64,000 bases of DNA from an uncultured Acidobacteriota bacterium (GTDB lineage Bacteria > Acidobacteriota > Thermoanaerobaculia > Multivoradales > UBA5704): assembly GCA_963700145.1 (NCBI GenBank), contig OY969474.1, positions 3,424,001 through 3,488,000 of the forward strand, in the 5' to 3' direction. Within the stretch, counting starts at the first letter, position 1, and each line of letters starts with the position of its first letter. Position numbers and translations under genes: made by a program. Of the stretch, positions 28,745-39,176 are shown piece by piece. The notes under the pieces were generated by a model. The model made no database searches, was not told the DNA's origin, and saw nothing but the letters and a program-made list of their open reading frames with translations.

Positions 28745-29401
28745 CTAGGCGGCCGCGGCCGGCCGGAGCTCCAGGATGCGGCGCCGGTCGCTCCCCGGGA
28801 GCCGCACCTCGCGGCCCGGCAGGAGCCCCGGCGGCAGCGGCGGCTCCTCGGCGCCGGCCCAGAGCAGGACGCGCCCCTCCGGCCCGAAGCGCGCGGCGAG
28901 GGCGGCAAGCACCTCCGGCTCGAGCCGCAAGGCCCGAAGGGTGACGACGCCGAGGCTCTCTGGAAGGCCCGCCGGCAGCGGGAGGCGGACTGTAGCATTG
29001 AGGCAGCGGCAGGGCAACGCGGCGCGGCGCGCCGCCGACTGCAGGAACGCCCACTTCCGCTCGCGCGCCTCGACGAGCGTGACGGCGAGGTCGGGGCGGG
29101 CGGCGGCGAGGACGAGGCCGGGGAAGCCGGCGCCGGAGCCGACGTCGACGAGTGTCGTCGGGCCGGGCGGGAGGAGCGGCAGCGCGGCGAGCGACTCGCT
29201 GAAGTGGCGCTCCAGCACCTCCTGCGCCGTGCCCGGACCGATCAGGTTGAGCCTGCCGCTCCAGCGCCGCAGCTCCTCGTAATGTGTGTGCATCGCGGCG
29301 AGGGATTCCGGCGACAGCGGCCCGGGAGTGAGCGCGGCCAGGGCCTCATCGAACCGACCGCGGGGGATCGCAGGGACCGGGCGACGGGTCGTTTGTTTCA
29401 C
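28745..29401 (-). CDS. rsmG: 16S rRNA m7G527 methyltransferase (start uncertain)
   Basis: HFSESL, DVGSGAGFPG, LVEARERK; upstream of parA. Confidence 0.9.
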   Translation of the reverse strand: MKQTTRRPVPAIPRGRFDEALAALTPGPLSPESLAAMHTHYEELRRWSGRLNLIGPGTAQEVLERHFSESLAALPLLPPGPTTLVDVGSGAGFPGLVLAAARPDLAVTLVEARERKWAFLQSAARRAALPCRCLNATVRLPLPAGLPESLGVVTLRALRLEPEVLAALAARFGPEGRVLLWAGAEEPPLPPGLLPGREVRLPGSDRRRILELRPAAAA

Positions 29402-29409
29402 GTGAAATC
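29394..29409. promoter_or_regulatory. parS centromere site
   Basis: TGTTTCACGTGAAATC, 14/16 to TGTTTCACGTGAAACA, next to parAB. Confidence 0.85.
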
Positions 29410-29417
29410 TTGTCTCC

Positions 29418-29742
29418 GGTCCGAAACTGGTCCCGTTCGGTCCGAGATTGGGGAATTTTGGTCCGAGAATGGTGCCGTTGGGCGGCAGACCGAAGGTCTC
29501 GGAGCGTCGCTGGAGTGTTTTTGGTCCTGAAATGGGGAACTTTGGTCCGAAAATCTACCGCCGGAGGGCCTCAAAACGTCGGATGAGCGGCAGGAGACAG
29601 CGCCGCGGTCCGAAAAGATGTTGGTTTGGTCCGAAAAGATAATCCCGCGGTCCGAAAAGATAAATCTCCGGCGGCCGGCGGGTGAATTCACGGTCCGGAG
29701 ATGGGGGTTTTGGTCCGAAAATCCTCCGGTTCGGTCCGAAAA
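29418..29742. repeat. 21-bp-period array, 16 units, core (TTY)GGTCCGAAAA
   Basis: GGTCC(G/T) cores at 29418, 29439, 29460, 29523, 29544, 29607, 29628, 29649, 29712, 29733, all multiples of 21 apart. Confidence 0.9.
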
Positions 29743-30792
29743 CTACACCGGCCGGATGGTGATGCGCTTGAAGTACCCGTCGCCTTCGCTCTCGGTCTCG
29801 ACGGCGGGATCGTCGGCGAGCGTGATGTGGACGATCCGGCGGTCGGCCGGGTTCATCGGCTCGAGCGTCCGGGGCCGCCCCTTCCGCCGGACCTCCTCCG
29901 CCTCGCGCTGCGCCATGCTGCGCAGCCGCTCCTCGCGGATGTCGTGGAAGTTGTCGCAGTCGACACGGCAGGGGATCGGCTCGCCGGCGAGCCCGCGGAC
30001 CAGGCGCGGCAGCAGGTGCTCGATGGCGCGCAGCAGCTCCCCCTCCTCGCCCGAGCAGAGCTCGGTGTCGTTTCCCGACAGCTCGATCTCGAGGCGCCCC
30101 TCCCCTTGCTGGATGTGGAACGACAGCTCGAGGGCGGCGACCTCCAGCAGGTGCCGCAGGCCGCGCTCGGCGGCGTCGGCCACCGGGCCGGTTGCCGGCG
30201 GGTAGCGCTCCGAGGTCCGCCGCGGCGCGTCGGGCAGCGCGATCAGCCCCTCGGCCTCGCGCTCGGCGGACTCCGGCTCGGCGCGGCTGCCCCGCGGCCA
30301 GCCGCCGTGGGGCGCCGCCGGCGCCGGCCGCGGGCGCGCGAACCGCCCGGCCGGCGCCCGGCGCGGCTCGTTCGGCTCCCAGCCGCCCTCGCGCCGGCCG
30401 ATCTGCTCGCCGCGCCCGCCGCGCGGAGCGCCGCCGGTCGCCTCCCGGCGCTCCGGCCGCCGCTCCGGCGGCCTCTCCGGCTCGTGCGCCGGCGGCTCGC
30501 GCCGCTCCGGCGCGCTCGGCTCAGGAGGCGGCGCCGCGACGGCGCGCTCCTCCACCTCCACGGGCGCTGGAGGCGCCGCCGCCGGCGGCGGCGCTCCCGC
30601 CCGCCGCCGCGGGTTGTCGGGATCGACCTCGATCATCACCTTCCGCGCCGTCCGCAGGAAGCCGTGCCGCTTCTCGATCGGCGTGTAGGCGATCTCTTCG
30701 GGGGGGACGTCGAAATGGCTCGCGGCGAGCACCAGCGCCTGGCGCAGGGAGCTGCCGGAGAAGAACCGCCGCTTGGGTCCGTCGTCGCTCAT
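29743..30792 (-). CDS. jag: Jag/EloR (KhpB) RNA-binding protein
   Basis: Jag_N, long Pro/Arg linker, degenerate KH, R3H (ADRRIVH...ESEGDG); after yidC. Confidence 0.88.
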   Translation of the reverse strand: MSDDGPKRRFFSGSSLRQALVLAASHFDVPPEEIAYTPIEKRHGFLRTARKVMIEVDPDNPRRRAGAPPPAAAPPAPVEVEERAVAAPPPEPSAPERREPPAHEPERPPERRPERREATGGAPRGGRGEQIGRREGGWEPNEPRRAPAGRFARPRPAPAAPHGGWPRGSRAEPESAEREAEGLIALPDAPRRTSERYPPATGPVADAAERGLRHLLEVAALELSFHIQQGEGRLEIELSGNDTELCSGEEGELLRAIEHLLPRLVRGLAGEPIPCRVDCDNFHDIREERLRSMAQREAEEVRRKGRPRTLEPMNPADRRIVHITLADDPAVETESEGDGYFKRITIRPV

Positions 30793-32579
30793 GGAGTGGG
30801 CTTCCGCCTCAGCTTGCGGGGCGCCGGCTCCGGCTCCTCGCCGGCCGCGTCGGTCCCGCGGGAACGGTTGTAAACCGCCTGCTGCGCGATGGTCAAGACG
30901 TTGTTGGTCAGCCAGTAGAGGACGAGGCCGCTGGGGAAGCCCAGGAAGAGGGCGGTCATGAGCACCGGCATCCACTGGAAGATCCGCCGCTGCATGGGGT
31001 CGCCCGACATCGGCGCCAGCTTCACCTGCAGGAACTGCGTGACCCCCATGACGATCGGCAGCACGTACCAGGGGTCCTTGGCCGAGAGGTCCTGGATCCA
31101 GAAGATCCAGGGCGCGCCGCGCAGCTCGACGGCGTTGAAGAGGAGCTTGTAGAAGGCGAAGAAGACCGGGAGCTGGAGGAGCATCGGCAGGCAGCCGCCG
31201 GCGGGGTTGACCCCCTCGCTGCGGTAGAGCCCCATGATCTCCTCGTTCATCTTGCGCTGCGCCTCGAGGTTCGGGCGCCCCTGCTTGTCCTTGAGCTTGC
31301 CGCGCCAGCGCTCCCGCACCGCCTGCATCTTCGGGTTGAGCTCCTGCATCTTCCGCATCGAGACGTAGCTCTTGTGGGTCAGCGGCAGGAGCAGCAGCTT
31401 GATGGCGATCGTCATCAGCACGATCGCCCAGCCGTAGTTGGCGACGACGTTGTCGTAGATCCAGTGCAGGGCGAGGAGCAGCGGCCGCGCCAGGAAGCCG
31501 AAGGGGGAGAGACGGACCGTCTCCTCCAGCCCCCAGGGCAGCGCCGCCAGCGTCTCGTGCTCCTTGGCCCCCCAGTAGGCGGCGGCCTTGAGGGTGTCGC
31601 CGCGCGGGTCGAAGAGGAGCAGGAAGTCCCGCGGGTAGTCCTTCTGCACGCCGGTGATCTCGTCCTTGGGCGGCATCGGCACCCAGCGGGCGCCCCCCTG
31701 GGGCAGCGGCTCGATGAGCACCGGCCGGAAGACCGCCTTCTCGAGCCCCCCGGCCTCGGGCACCAGCACGGTCAGGAAGTAGGTGTCCTCCAGGCCCGCC
31801 CAGCGCAGGCCGCCGCCGCCCAGCTCGATCGGGTCCCAGGTGCCCTTCGGCACCACGGTCTCGACCTCGTCCCCCTGCTTGTAGACCCCGGCGGCCTGGA
31901 GGAACTGGCTCCCCGCCTCCTCGGACGTCGGGTTGCGCAGGCCGGGGCCGAGGAGGAGGGCCCAGGGCTTGCCGCCTCCGACCGTCGCTTCGACGTCGAA
32001 GACCTCCTCGCCGCGGAAGCGGAAGCGCTTGACGGCGTCCCCCTGCGGGCCGCGGTAGCGGAAGGCGACCTCGGGCGCCGCCGGCGTCCCGGCGCGCTCG
32101 ACGGCGTAGAGGGCCTGGTCGAGCGGCAGGGCGCCGCCGGCCGGGTCGACGAGGGTGAAGGGGTAGGGCTGGCCGGCGCGCCGGCGGACGAGGTCGAGCC
32201 CCTTGCCGTCCGGCCCGCGGTGCTCTTTGAGGACCAGCGAGAGGAGCTGCGCGCCGCGGTTGGTGAAGGTGGCGCGGAAGGCGTCGGTCTCGACCACCAC
32301 GCGCTCCTCGCGCGCGGCGGCGACCGGCGGCAGCGGTGCGGCCGGCGCCTGGCCCGGGGCGCCCGCGGGGGCGGCGGCCTCCGCCGGCGCCGTGGTCGCC
32401 GCGTCCGGCGCGCCCGTCGTCGCCTCGGGCGGGCGCTCGGCGGGAGCGGCCGGGGCCGCCGCCTCGCCGGCGTCCGGCTGGCCGGTGCCGGGCGGCGGGG
32501 GCGGCGGGAAGAGGGCCATCCACCCGAGGTAGACCGCCATCGAAAGGAGGAAGGCGACGAGGAGGCGGCGATAGTCCAC
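30789..32579 (-). CDS. yidC: Membrane protein insertase YidC
   Basis: NYGWAIV, GGCLPMLLQLP, WIQDLS..DP, GLVLYW. Confidence 0.96.
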   Translation of the reverse strand: MDYRRLLVAFLLSMAVYLGWMALFPPPPPPGTGQPDAGEAAAPAAPAERPPEATTGAPDAATTAPAEAAAPAGAPGQAPAAPLPPVAAAREERVVVETDAFRATFTNRGAQLLSLVLKEHRGPDGKGLDLVRRRAGQPYPFTLVDPAGGALPLDQALYAVERAGTPAAPEVAFRYRGPQGDAVKRFRFRGEEVFDVEATVGGGKPWALLLGPGLRNPTSEEAGSQFLQAAGVYKQGDEVETVVPKGTWDPIELGGGGLRWAGLEDTYFLTVLVPEAGGLEKAVFRPVLIEPLPQGGARWVPMPPKDEITGVQKDYPRDFLLLFDPRGDTLKAAAYWGAKEHETLAALPWGLEETVRLSPFGFLARPLLLALHWIYDNVVANYGWAIVLMTIAIKLLLLPLTHKSYVSMRKMQELNPKMQAVRERWRGKLKDKQGRPNLEAQRKMNEEIMGLYRSEGVNPAGGCLPMLLQLPVFFAFYKLLFNAVELRGAPWIFWIQDLSAKDPWYVLPIVMGVTQFLQVKLAPMSGDPMQRRIFQWMPVLMTALFLGFPSGLVLYWLTNNVLTIAQQAVYNRSRGTDAAGEEPEPAPRKLRRKPTP

Positions 32580-32638
32580 GGTGGAGAGAGTCCTTTCCCG
32601 AAATCAGTTGCCGCGCCGGCGGCCCGGGGCCGTCGCGG

Positions 32639-32857
32639 TCACGGCAGGTCGACGCCGCCGGCGCCGAAGGGGTGGCAGCGGCAGACCCGCCCCGCCGCCA
32701 GCGCGCCGCCGCGCCAGAAGCCGTGCTTGAGCAGGGCCAGCCGCGCGTACTCCGAGCAGGTCGGCGTGAAGCGGCAGGAGCGCGGCAGGAGCGGCGAGAG
32801 CCAGCGCTTGTAGGCCCCGAGGAGCGCCACCGAGGCGCCCACCGCCGCCCCCCTCAC
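32639..32857 (-). CDS. yidD: Membrane protein insertion efficiency factor
   Basis: SPLLPRSCRFTPTCSEY...RCHPF...GGVD. Confidence 0.92.
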   Translation of the reverse strand: MRGAAVGASVALLGAYKRWLSPLLPRSCRFTPTCSEYARLALLKHGFWRGGALAAGRVCRCHPFGAGGVDLP

Positions 32858-33249
32858 CGCCGCGCCTCCCGCGGCTCCCGCGGCAGCAGGCCCGAGAAGA
32901 GGCCCAGCAGCTCCTCGCGGAAGGCCCGGAACTCCGAGTCCCGGGCCTCGGGCTTGAGATGCACCACCAGGTCCACGGCCGGCAGCCGGCCGCGGTGCGG
33001 CCAGCGCCGGTAGGCCTCGCGCGTCCGGCGCTTGAGGCGCTGGCGCACCACGGCCTTGCCGACCTTGCGGCTGGCGGTGATGCCGAGGCGAGGGTGCCCG
33101 AGGTCGTTGGGGGCGTGGTAGAGGATCGCCAGGTTGCCGTGCCGGCGGCGGCCCGTCCGGTAGCACCTGAGGTAGTCGGTCCGGCGCCGCAGCCTCTCCC
33201 GGCCGTGCAGGCGCTCCCCCGCGGGCGGGGGGTCCTGCCGCTCCGGCAT
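32854..33249 (-). CDS. rnpA: Ribonuclease P protein component
   Basis: RLGITASRKVGKAVVRQRLKRR. Confidence 0.93.
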   Translation of the reverse strand: MPERQDPPPAGERLHGRERLRRRTDYLRCYRTGRRRHGNLAILYHAPNDLGHPRLGITASRKVGKAVVRQRLKRRTREAYRRWPHRGRLPAVDLVVHLKPEARDSEFRAFREELLGLFSGLLPREPREARR

Positions 33250-33383
33250 CAGACGCTCAGGCGCTTCCGACCCTTTGCGCGCCGGCGCGAGATCACCGCG
33301 CGCCCGGCGCGCGTGCGCATGCGCACCAGGAAGCCGTGCGTCCGCTTGCGGCGACGGTTGTTCGGCTGGAAAGTCCGTTTCAC
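33249..33383 (-). CDS. rpmH: 50S ribosomal protein L34 (below ORF-track cutoff)
   Basis: Manual translation [44 protein letters not shown]. Confidence 0.96.
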   Translation of the reverse strand: MKRTFQPNNRRRKRTHGFLVRMRTRAGRAVISRRRAKGRKRLSV

Positions 33384-33561
33384 GTTCGAACCGCCTTCTG
33401 TCGAGGGTTGACGGTGCTGACCGAACGGCGGGCCCGGCGGGCGGCGCCGACGAAAGGCGGAACCTACCGCAGCTCAGGGTGTTGGGTCAACCCGAGCCAC
33501 CCCGGTGAGGGGATCGGCGCGGCCGGAGCGTTCTCTCAACGTGAGCGAGAAAGGAGCGGCG

Positions 33562-34497
33562 ATGACCTCGAGCACCTCGCGGATCCCAACCTCACCTTGG
33601 CGCAGACCCGCGGCCTGGCTGTCCGCATGGGCGGTCGCAGGCTTTCTGGCGGCGGGAGGCGCGGCCGCCACCGACCTCGAGGCGCAAATGTACGTCGTCA
33701 CCGACTGGCTCGCGGAGTGCCCGGCGAACGACCTCTCCCACTGGGACAACATGGTCGATTACTGGTACGACGAGATCGACGACCACGGCTGGTTCCACCG
33801 CAACCGCCGCTTCGTCAACGGCGAGTACAACCGCAACCTGCTCTGCGACTCCGACACCGGCCTCGCGGGCTGCGACGACGGCGCCAACCTGGACGCGGGG
33901 GACGCGGTGATGCTGGGACTCCACGGCGGCGACTCGGGCGACCACTGGAGAGGCTCCCTGCGGCGCAACAGCGGCGGCGGCGACTGCTTCATCGACGCCC
34001 CGGACGCCGGCGGCGGCGAGCTCTTCGCCGGGGACGTGGACCTCGAGTTCCTCCACTTCTCCTCGTGCAACAGCATGGACGACGACAACCTGGGGAACAC
34101 CTGGCGCATGTTCGAGGACCCGGTGGATTCGTCCACGAACGGGCGGCGGCTGCATCAGGCGGACGGCTTTCACGGGTTCATGTGGATCGGCAGCTGCTGT
34201 GACGACCAGTACGAGGACTTCGCCTCCGATGCTTTCAGCGTCTCGATCAAGGACGCCTGGTTGGACAACATGTACGTCACCGGCATCGACTGCTTCTTGG
34301 GCCTTTTCGGCACCTGCGCCACGCAGTGCCCGGTGGCTTACGCCGTGGGAACCGACGCCGCCGACTGCTTCAACCGTATCGACAACGAGCGCTACAACGC
34401 CCCGTTCGCCGACCCGGGGCCGATCGGCACCTACTGCTACTCCTACTACGACGGCTGCAACCCCGAGGGCGAAGGGGCATTTGGAACCAAGGACTGA
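33562..34497 (+). CDS. Secreted Cys-rich protein, DUF6345-like / putative caspase-hemoglobinase-fold peptidase
   Basis: RBS aaggag; signal peptide; AVMLGLHGG, LEFLHFSSC, RLHQADGF; 13 Cys. Confidence 0.7.
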   Translation: MTSSTSRIPTSPWRRPAAWLSAWAVAGFLAAGGAAATDLEAQMYVVTDWLAECPANDLSHWDNMVDYWYDEIDDHGWFHRNRRFVNGEYNRNLLCDSDTGLAGCDDGANLDAGDAVMLGLHGGDSGDHWRGSLRRNSGGGDCFIDAPDAGGGELFAGDVDLEFLHFSSCNSMDDDNLGNTWRMFEDPVDSSTNGRRLHQADGFHGFMWIGSCCDDQYEDFASDAFSVSIKDAWLDNMYVTGIDCFLGLFGTCATQCPVAYAVGTDAADCFNRIDNERYNAPFADPGPIGTYCYSYYDGCNPEGEGAFGTKD

Positions 34498-34511
34498 GAG
34501 GAGTGTGAACC

Positions 34512-35810
<1,299 letters not shown>

Positions 35811-35829
35811 TCGAAGCTCCAAAGAACCT

Positions 35830-36303
35830 TTACAGAACCGTCTGCCCCGGGCGCGGATTCCGCCGCAAGGCGGCGAAAAAGCCGCTGAGCAGGGCGCCGC
35901 ACTCCTCGGCCAGGACGCCCGGCTCGACCTCCAGGCGGTGGTTCAGCCGCGGGTCCTGGACGACGTTGCCGAGCGTCCCGCAGTAGCCCGCCTTGGGGTC
36001 GGCGGCGCCGTAGACCAGCCGCTCGACCCGCGCCGCCACGAGTGCCCCCGCGCACATCGGGCAGGGCTCCAGGGTGACGTACAGGGTGCCGCCCAACCGC
36101 CACCCGCCGGTCCGCTCCGCCGCCTGGCGGATAGCCAGGAGCTCGGCGTGGGCCAGCGGGTCGCGGTCGATCTCGCGCCGGTTGTGCGCGCGGCCGAGCA
36201 CCTCGCCGCCGCGCACGAACAGCGCCCCGATCGGCACCTCCCCGAGCGCGCCCCCCCGCTCGGCCTCGGCGATCGCTTGGCGCATCCAGTCCCGGTCGTC
36301 CAT
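35830..36303 (-). CDS. tadA: tRNA adenosine(34) deaminase
   Basis: GEVPIGA, AHAE, LEPCPMCAGA, DPKAG. Confidence 0.93.
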   Translation of the reverse strand: MDDRDWMRQAIAEAERGGALGEVPIGALFVRGGEVLGRAHNRREIDRDPLAHAELLAIRQAAERTGGWRLGGTLYVTLEPCPMCAGALVAARVERLVYGAADPKAGYCGTLGNVVQDPRLNHRLEVEPGVLAEECGALLSGFFAALRRNPRPGQTVL

Positions 36304-36385
36304 CGGGTCGCCCGGTGCCGGAAGCGCCGGCAGCCTCGGCCGCGAGCCGGGTAGTGTAGCCGAAGGCCGGGTGTAGCATGCGCTC

Positions 36386-36583
36386 ATGGCTCGATCTTCG
36401 GAGCGGATTGCCTCCCACGTTGAAGCGGCTCCCGACGCCGCCTACCAGCCGAAGACGGCGCTCGGCCGGCGGTTGTGGGAATTGCGCCGGCAGGTTCTCG
36501 CCGAGGGCGATCGGCCGTTGGGCTGGCACGACCTCGAGCGCGAGATCGCCGAGCGTCGGGGCGAGCGGAACGCCGACGATTGA
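36386..36583 (+). CDS. Putative antitoxin
   Basis: 65 aa, TALGRRLWELR...LEREIAERRG; TTGA overlap with PIN gene. Confidence 0.75.
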   Translation: MARSSERIASHVEAAPDAAYQPKTALGRRLWELRRQVLAEGDRPLGWHDLEREIAERRGERNADD

Positions 36584-36984
36584 AGCTCACCTTCATCGAC
36601 GCCGGGGTGCTGATTGCCGTCGCGCGCGGCTCCGGCGACATCGCTCTCAAAGCGATGGCGGTCTTGGACGACCCGGAACGGGCTTTCGCCTCCAGCCTGT
36701 TCGTTCGGCTCGAGGTCCTGCCGAAAGCAAGATTTCATCGACGAGCCGCGGAGACCGCCTTCTACGAGGCTTTCTTCGAGACCGTGGAGCACTGGGCGCG
36801 CCCTGAGGGGTCTCTGCTCGAACGCGCCTTCGATGCGGCGGTCGAGTTCGGCCTTTCGTCCATCGACGCGCTGCACGTCGCGGCGGCCGCTGCCCTGGGG
36901 GCTGAGGAGCTGGTCACGACCGAACGGCCCGGCAAACCGCTGCATCGCGTGACCAGCGTGGCCGTCAAGACCATTCACCCCTGA
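36580..36984 (+). CDS. PIN-domain toxin
   Basis: TFIDAGVLI, RLEVLPK, DALHVAAA, LVTTE. Confidence 0.88.
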   Translation: MKLTFIDAGVLIAVARGSGDIALKAMAVLDDPERAFASSLFVRLEVLPKARFHRRAAETAFYEAFFETVEHWARPEGSLLERAFDAAVEFGLSSIDALHVAAAAALGAEELVTTERPGKPLHRVTSVAVKTIHP

Positions 36985-37058
36985 AACGACTCTCTCGCAA
37001 CCGCGGCCGGCCTGTCCGGCGGAAGGCGGTGGCGCGGCCGGGTGTTATCCTAGGCGCC

Positions 37059-37191
37059 GGCAGCGACCCACGAAGGGCTCGGGTCCTGTGCATCGGCCGC
37101 TATCGAACCTCGTCAGGCCCGGAAGGGAGCAGCGATAAGGTATGCGCGCCGAGTGCCGCAGACAAACCGGAGCCCTTCGTGGGGCGCTGCC
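37059..37191 (+). ncRNA. ffs: SRP RNA (4.5S)
   Basis: TCAGGCCCGGAAGGGAGCAGC domain IV core inside a long hairpin; upstream of dnaX; ends approximate. Confidence 0.93.
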
Positions 37192-37213
37192 TGTCTTACT
37201 CCTCTGACATCCC

Positions 37214-38875
37214 ATGAGCTATCAGGTCCTCGCGCGCAAGTGGCGGCCGCAGACCTTCGCCAGCCTGGTCGGCCAGGAGCCGATCGTCACCGCGCTGCGC
37301 AACGCCCTCACCGAAGGGCGGATCGCCCAGGCCTACCTCTTCTCCGGCATCCGCGGCGTCGGCAAGACGACCGCGGCGCGCGTCCTCGCCAAGGCGCTCA
37401 ACTGCGAGCGCGGCCCCGCCGCCGACCCCTGCGACGACTGCCTGCCCTGCCGTGAGATCACCCGCGGCGCCGACCTCGACGTGATCGAGGTGGACGCCGC
37501 CACCTACTCGAAGGTCGAGCAGGTGCGCGACCTGACCGAGAGCCTGCGCTACGGCCCGGCGCGCGACCGCTACAAGGTGGTGGTGATCGACGAGATCCAC
37601 CGCCTCTCGCGCCAGGCCTTCGACGCCCTGCTCAAGATCGTCGAGGAGCCGCCGCCGCACCTGGCCTTCATCTTCGCCACGACCGAGATCGAGGCGGTGC
37701 CGGCGACGATCCTCTCGCGCTGCCAGGAGTTCCACTTCCGGCGCGTCTCCTCGCCCGACGTCGCGGCGCTGCTGCGCCGCATCAGCGAGGCCGAGGGGAT
37801 CACGGCGAGCGACCCGGCGCTGCGTCTCATCGCCCGCGCCGGCGAGGGCAGCGTGCGCGACGCGGTGGCGCTCCTCGACCAGCTCGCCACCTTCGGCTCG
37901 GGCACAATCGCCGACGAGGAGGCGGTGCGGCTGCTGGGCGGGCTCGACACCGCGCTCTTCGGCCGGCTCCTCGAGGCGATCCTGGGCGGCGACCCGCTCG
38001 GCGTGCGCGAGGCCGTGCAGCGGATCGAAGACGAAGGTTGGGACCCGCGCCACGTCTTTTGCCAGTTCCTCGCCTACTGCCGCGACGCGCTGCACCTGGC
38101 GATGGGCGGCGCCGATACGCACGTCGACCTGCCGGTCGAGGAGGAGGCGATCCTGGCCGGCCGCGCCCGCGCCGCCGGCTACGAGAACCTGCTGCGCCTG
38201 CTACAGCAGCTCCTGGCGAGCGAGCAGATCGTGCGGCGGAGCGAGGTCGGTGTCCTGGCCGTCGAGATCGCCTGGCTGCGCGCGGCGGAGCTGCCGAAGC
38301 TGACGCGGGTCGAGGAGCTGCTGGCGGGTGGCAAGAGGCCGGAGCCGCAACCGCCTCCGGTCAAGCGGAAGGAAGAGAGCGAGAGGCCCGCCGTCGCCAG
38401 GCAGGTGGCGGGAAACGGAGAAGCGCGGCGAGCGGCGGAGGACCGCCCGGCGCCGGCGCGCCCGCCCGAGCCTCCCGCACAGGCGCCCCTGCAAGAGCCC
38501 GCCCCGCAGCCCGCGGAGACCGGCGACGTCGTGGACGTCATCATCCAGGAGCTGGACAAGCTGCGGCCGTCGCTCGCCGCCGTCTTCGCCCAGCACCGGC
38601 CGCGCTTCGAGGGCGGCGCGCTGCTGGTGCCGCGCGAGGCCCACCTGGAAGCGACTTTGCGGCGCGGCAACAACCGGCAGATACTGGAGAAGGTGCTGGC
38701 CACGGTGGGCGGGAGCGCGGCGCGCTGGCAGGAGGACGACGGCGAGCCCGCCGCCGCCGCCGAGCCCGAGCCGCCGCCGCCGGTGCTGAGCCATCCGACG
38801 GTGCAGGCGGTGCTCGACATCTTCAACGGCCGGGTGGAGCGGGTCGAGCCGCACGCGCGCCCGAGGGAGGAGTGA
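37214..38875 (+). CDS. dnaX: DNA polymerase III gamma/tau
   Basis: YQVLARKWRPQTF, GIRGVGKTT, IDEIH, TILSRCQ. Confidence 0.96.
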   Translation: MSYQVLARKWRPQTFASLVGQEPIVTALRNALTEGRIAQAYLFSGIRGVGKTTAARVLAKALNCERGPAADPCDDCLPCREITRGADLDVIEVDAATYSKVEQVRDLTESLRYGPARDRYKVVVIDEIHRLSRQAFDALLKIVEEPPPHLAFIFATTEIEAVPATILSRCQEFHFRRVSSPDVAALLRRISEAEGITASDPALRLIARAGEGSVRDAVALLDQLATFGSGTIADEEAVRLLGGLDTALFGRLLEAILGGDPLGVREAVQRIEDEGWDPRHVFCQFLAYCRDALHLAMGGADTHVDLPVEEEAILAGRARAAGYENLLRLLQQLLASEQIVRRSEVGVLAVEIAWLRAAELPKLTRVEELLAGGKRPEPQPPPVKRKEESERPAVARQVAGNGEARRAAEDRPAPARPPEPPAQAPLQEPAPQPAETGDVVDVIIQELDKLRPSLAAVFAQHRPRFEGGALLVPREAHLEATLRRGNNRQILEKVLATVGGSAARWQEDDGEPAAAAEPEPPPPVLSHPTVQAVLDIFNGRVERVEPHARPREE

Positions 38876-38879
38876 GGCG

Positions 38880-39176
38880 ATGAGCAGCATGCGACAGCTC
38901 ATGAAACAAGCGCAGGAGATGCAGGAGCGCCTGCAGCGCGAGCTCGCCGAGATGGTCGTCGAGGCGAGCGTCGGCGGCGGCATGGTGACGGTCAAGATGA
39001 GCGGTCACAAGCAGCTCGTCGGCTGCAAGATCGACCCCGAGGTGATGGACAAGGAAGACCCCTCGATGCTCGAGGACCTCATCGTCGCCGCCGTCAGCGA
39101 GGCCGGCCGCAAGGTCGACGAGACGATGCGCAGCCGGGTGGGCGCGATGGCCTCGAACCTGCCGGGCCTGTTCTGA
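38880..39176 (+). CDS. ybaB: YbaB/EbfC nucleoid-associated protein
   Basis: LMKQAQEMQ, GGGMVTV, LEDLIVAA. Confidence 0.93.
   Translation: MSSMRQLMKQAQEMQERLQRELAEMVVEASVGGGMVTVKMSGHKQLVGCKIDPEVMDKEDPSMLEDLIVAAVSEAGRKVDETMRSRVGAMASNLPGLF

Noticed and set aside
29418-29742. CRISPR interpretation of the 21-bp arrays (also 9489-10024)
   Set aside because: Cores of ~10 bp and spacers of ~11 bp are far too short and degenerate; no cas genes in the window
30280-30620. Low-complexity repeats inside jag (also dnaX 38340-38520)
   Set aside because: Ordinary Pro/Ala/Arg-rich linkers
33376-33391. Second parS-like sequence CGTTTCACGTTCGAAC
   Set aside because: Only one half matches and it is explained by the rpmH GTG AAA CGG start
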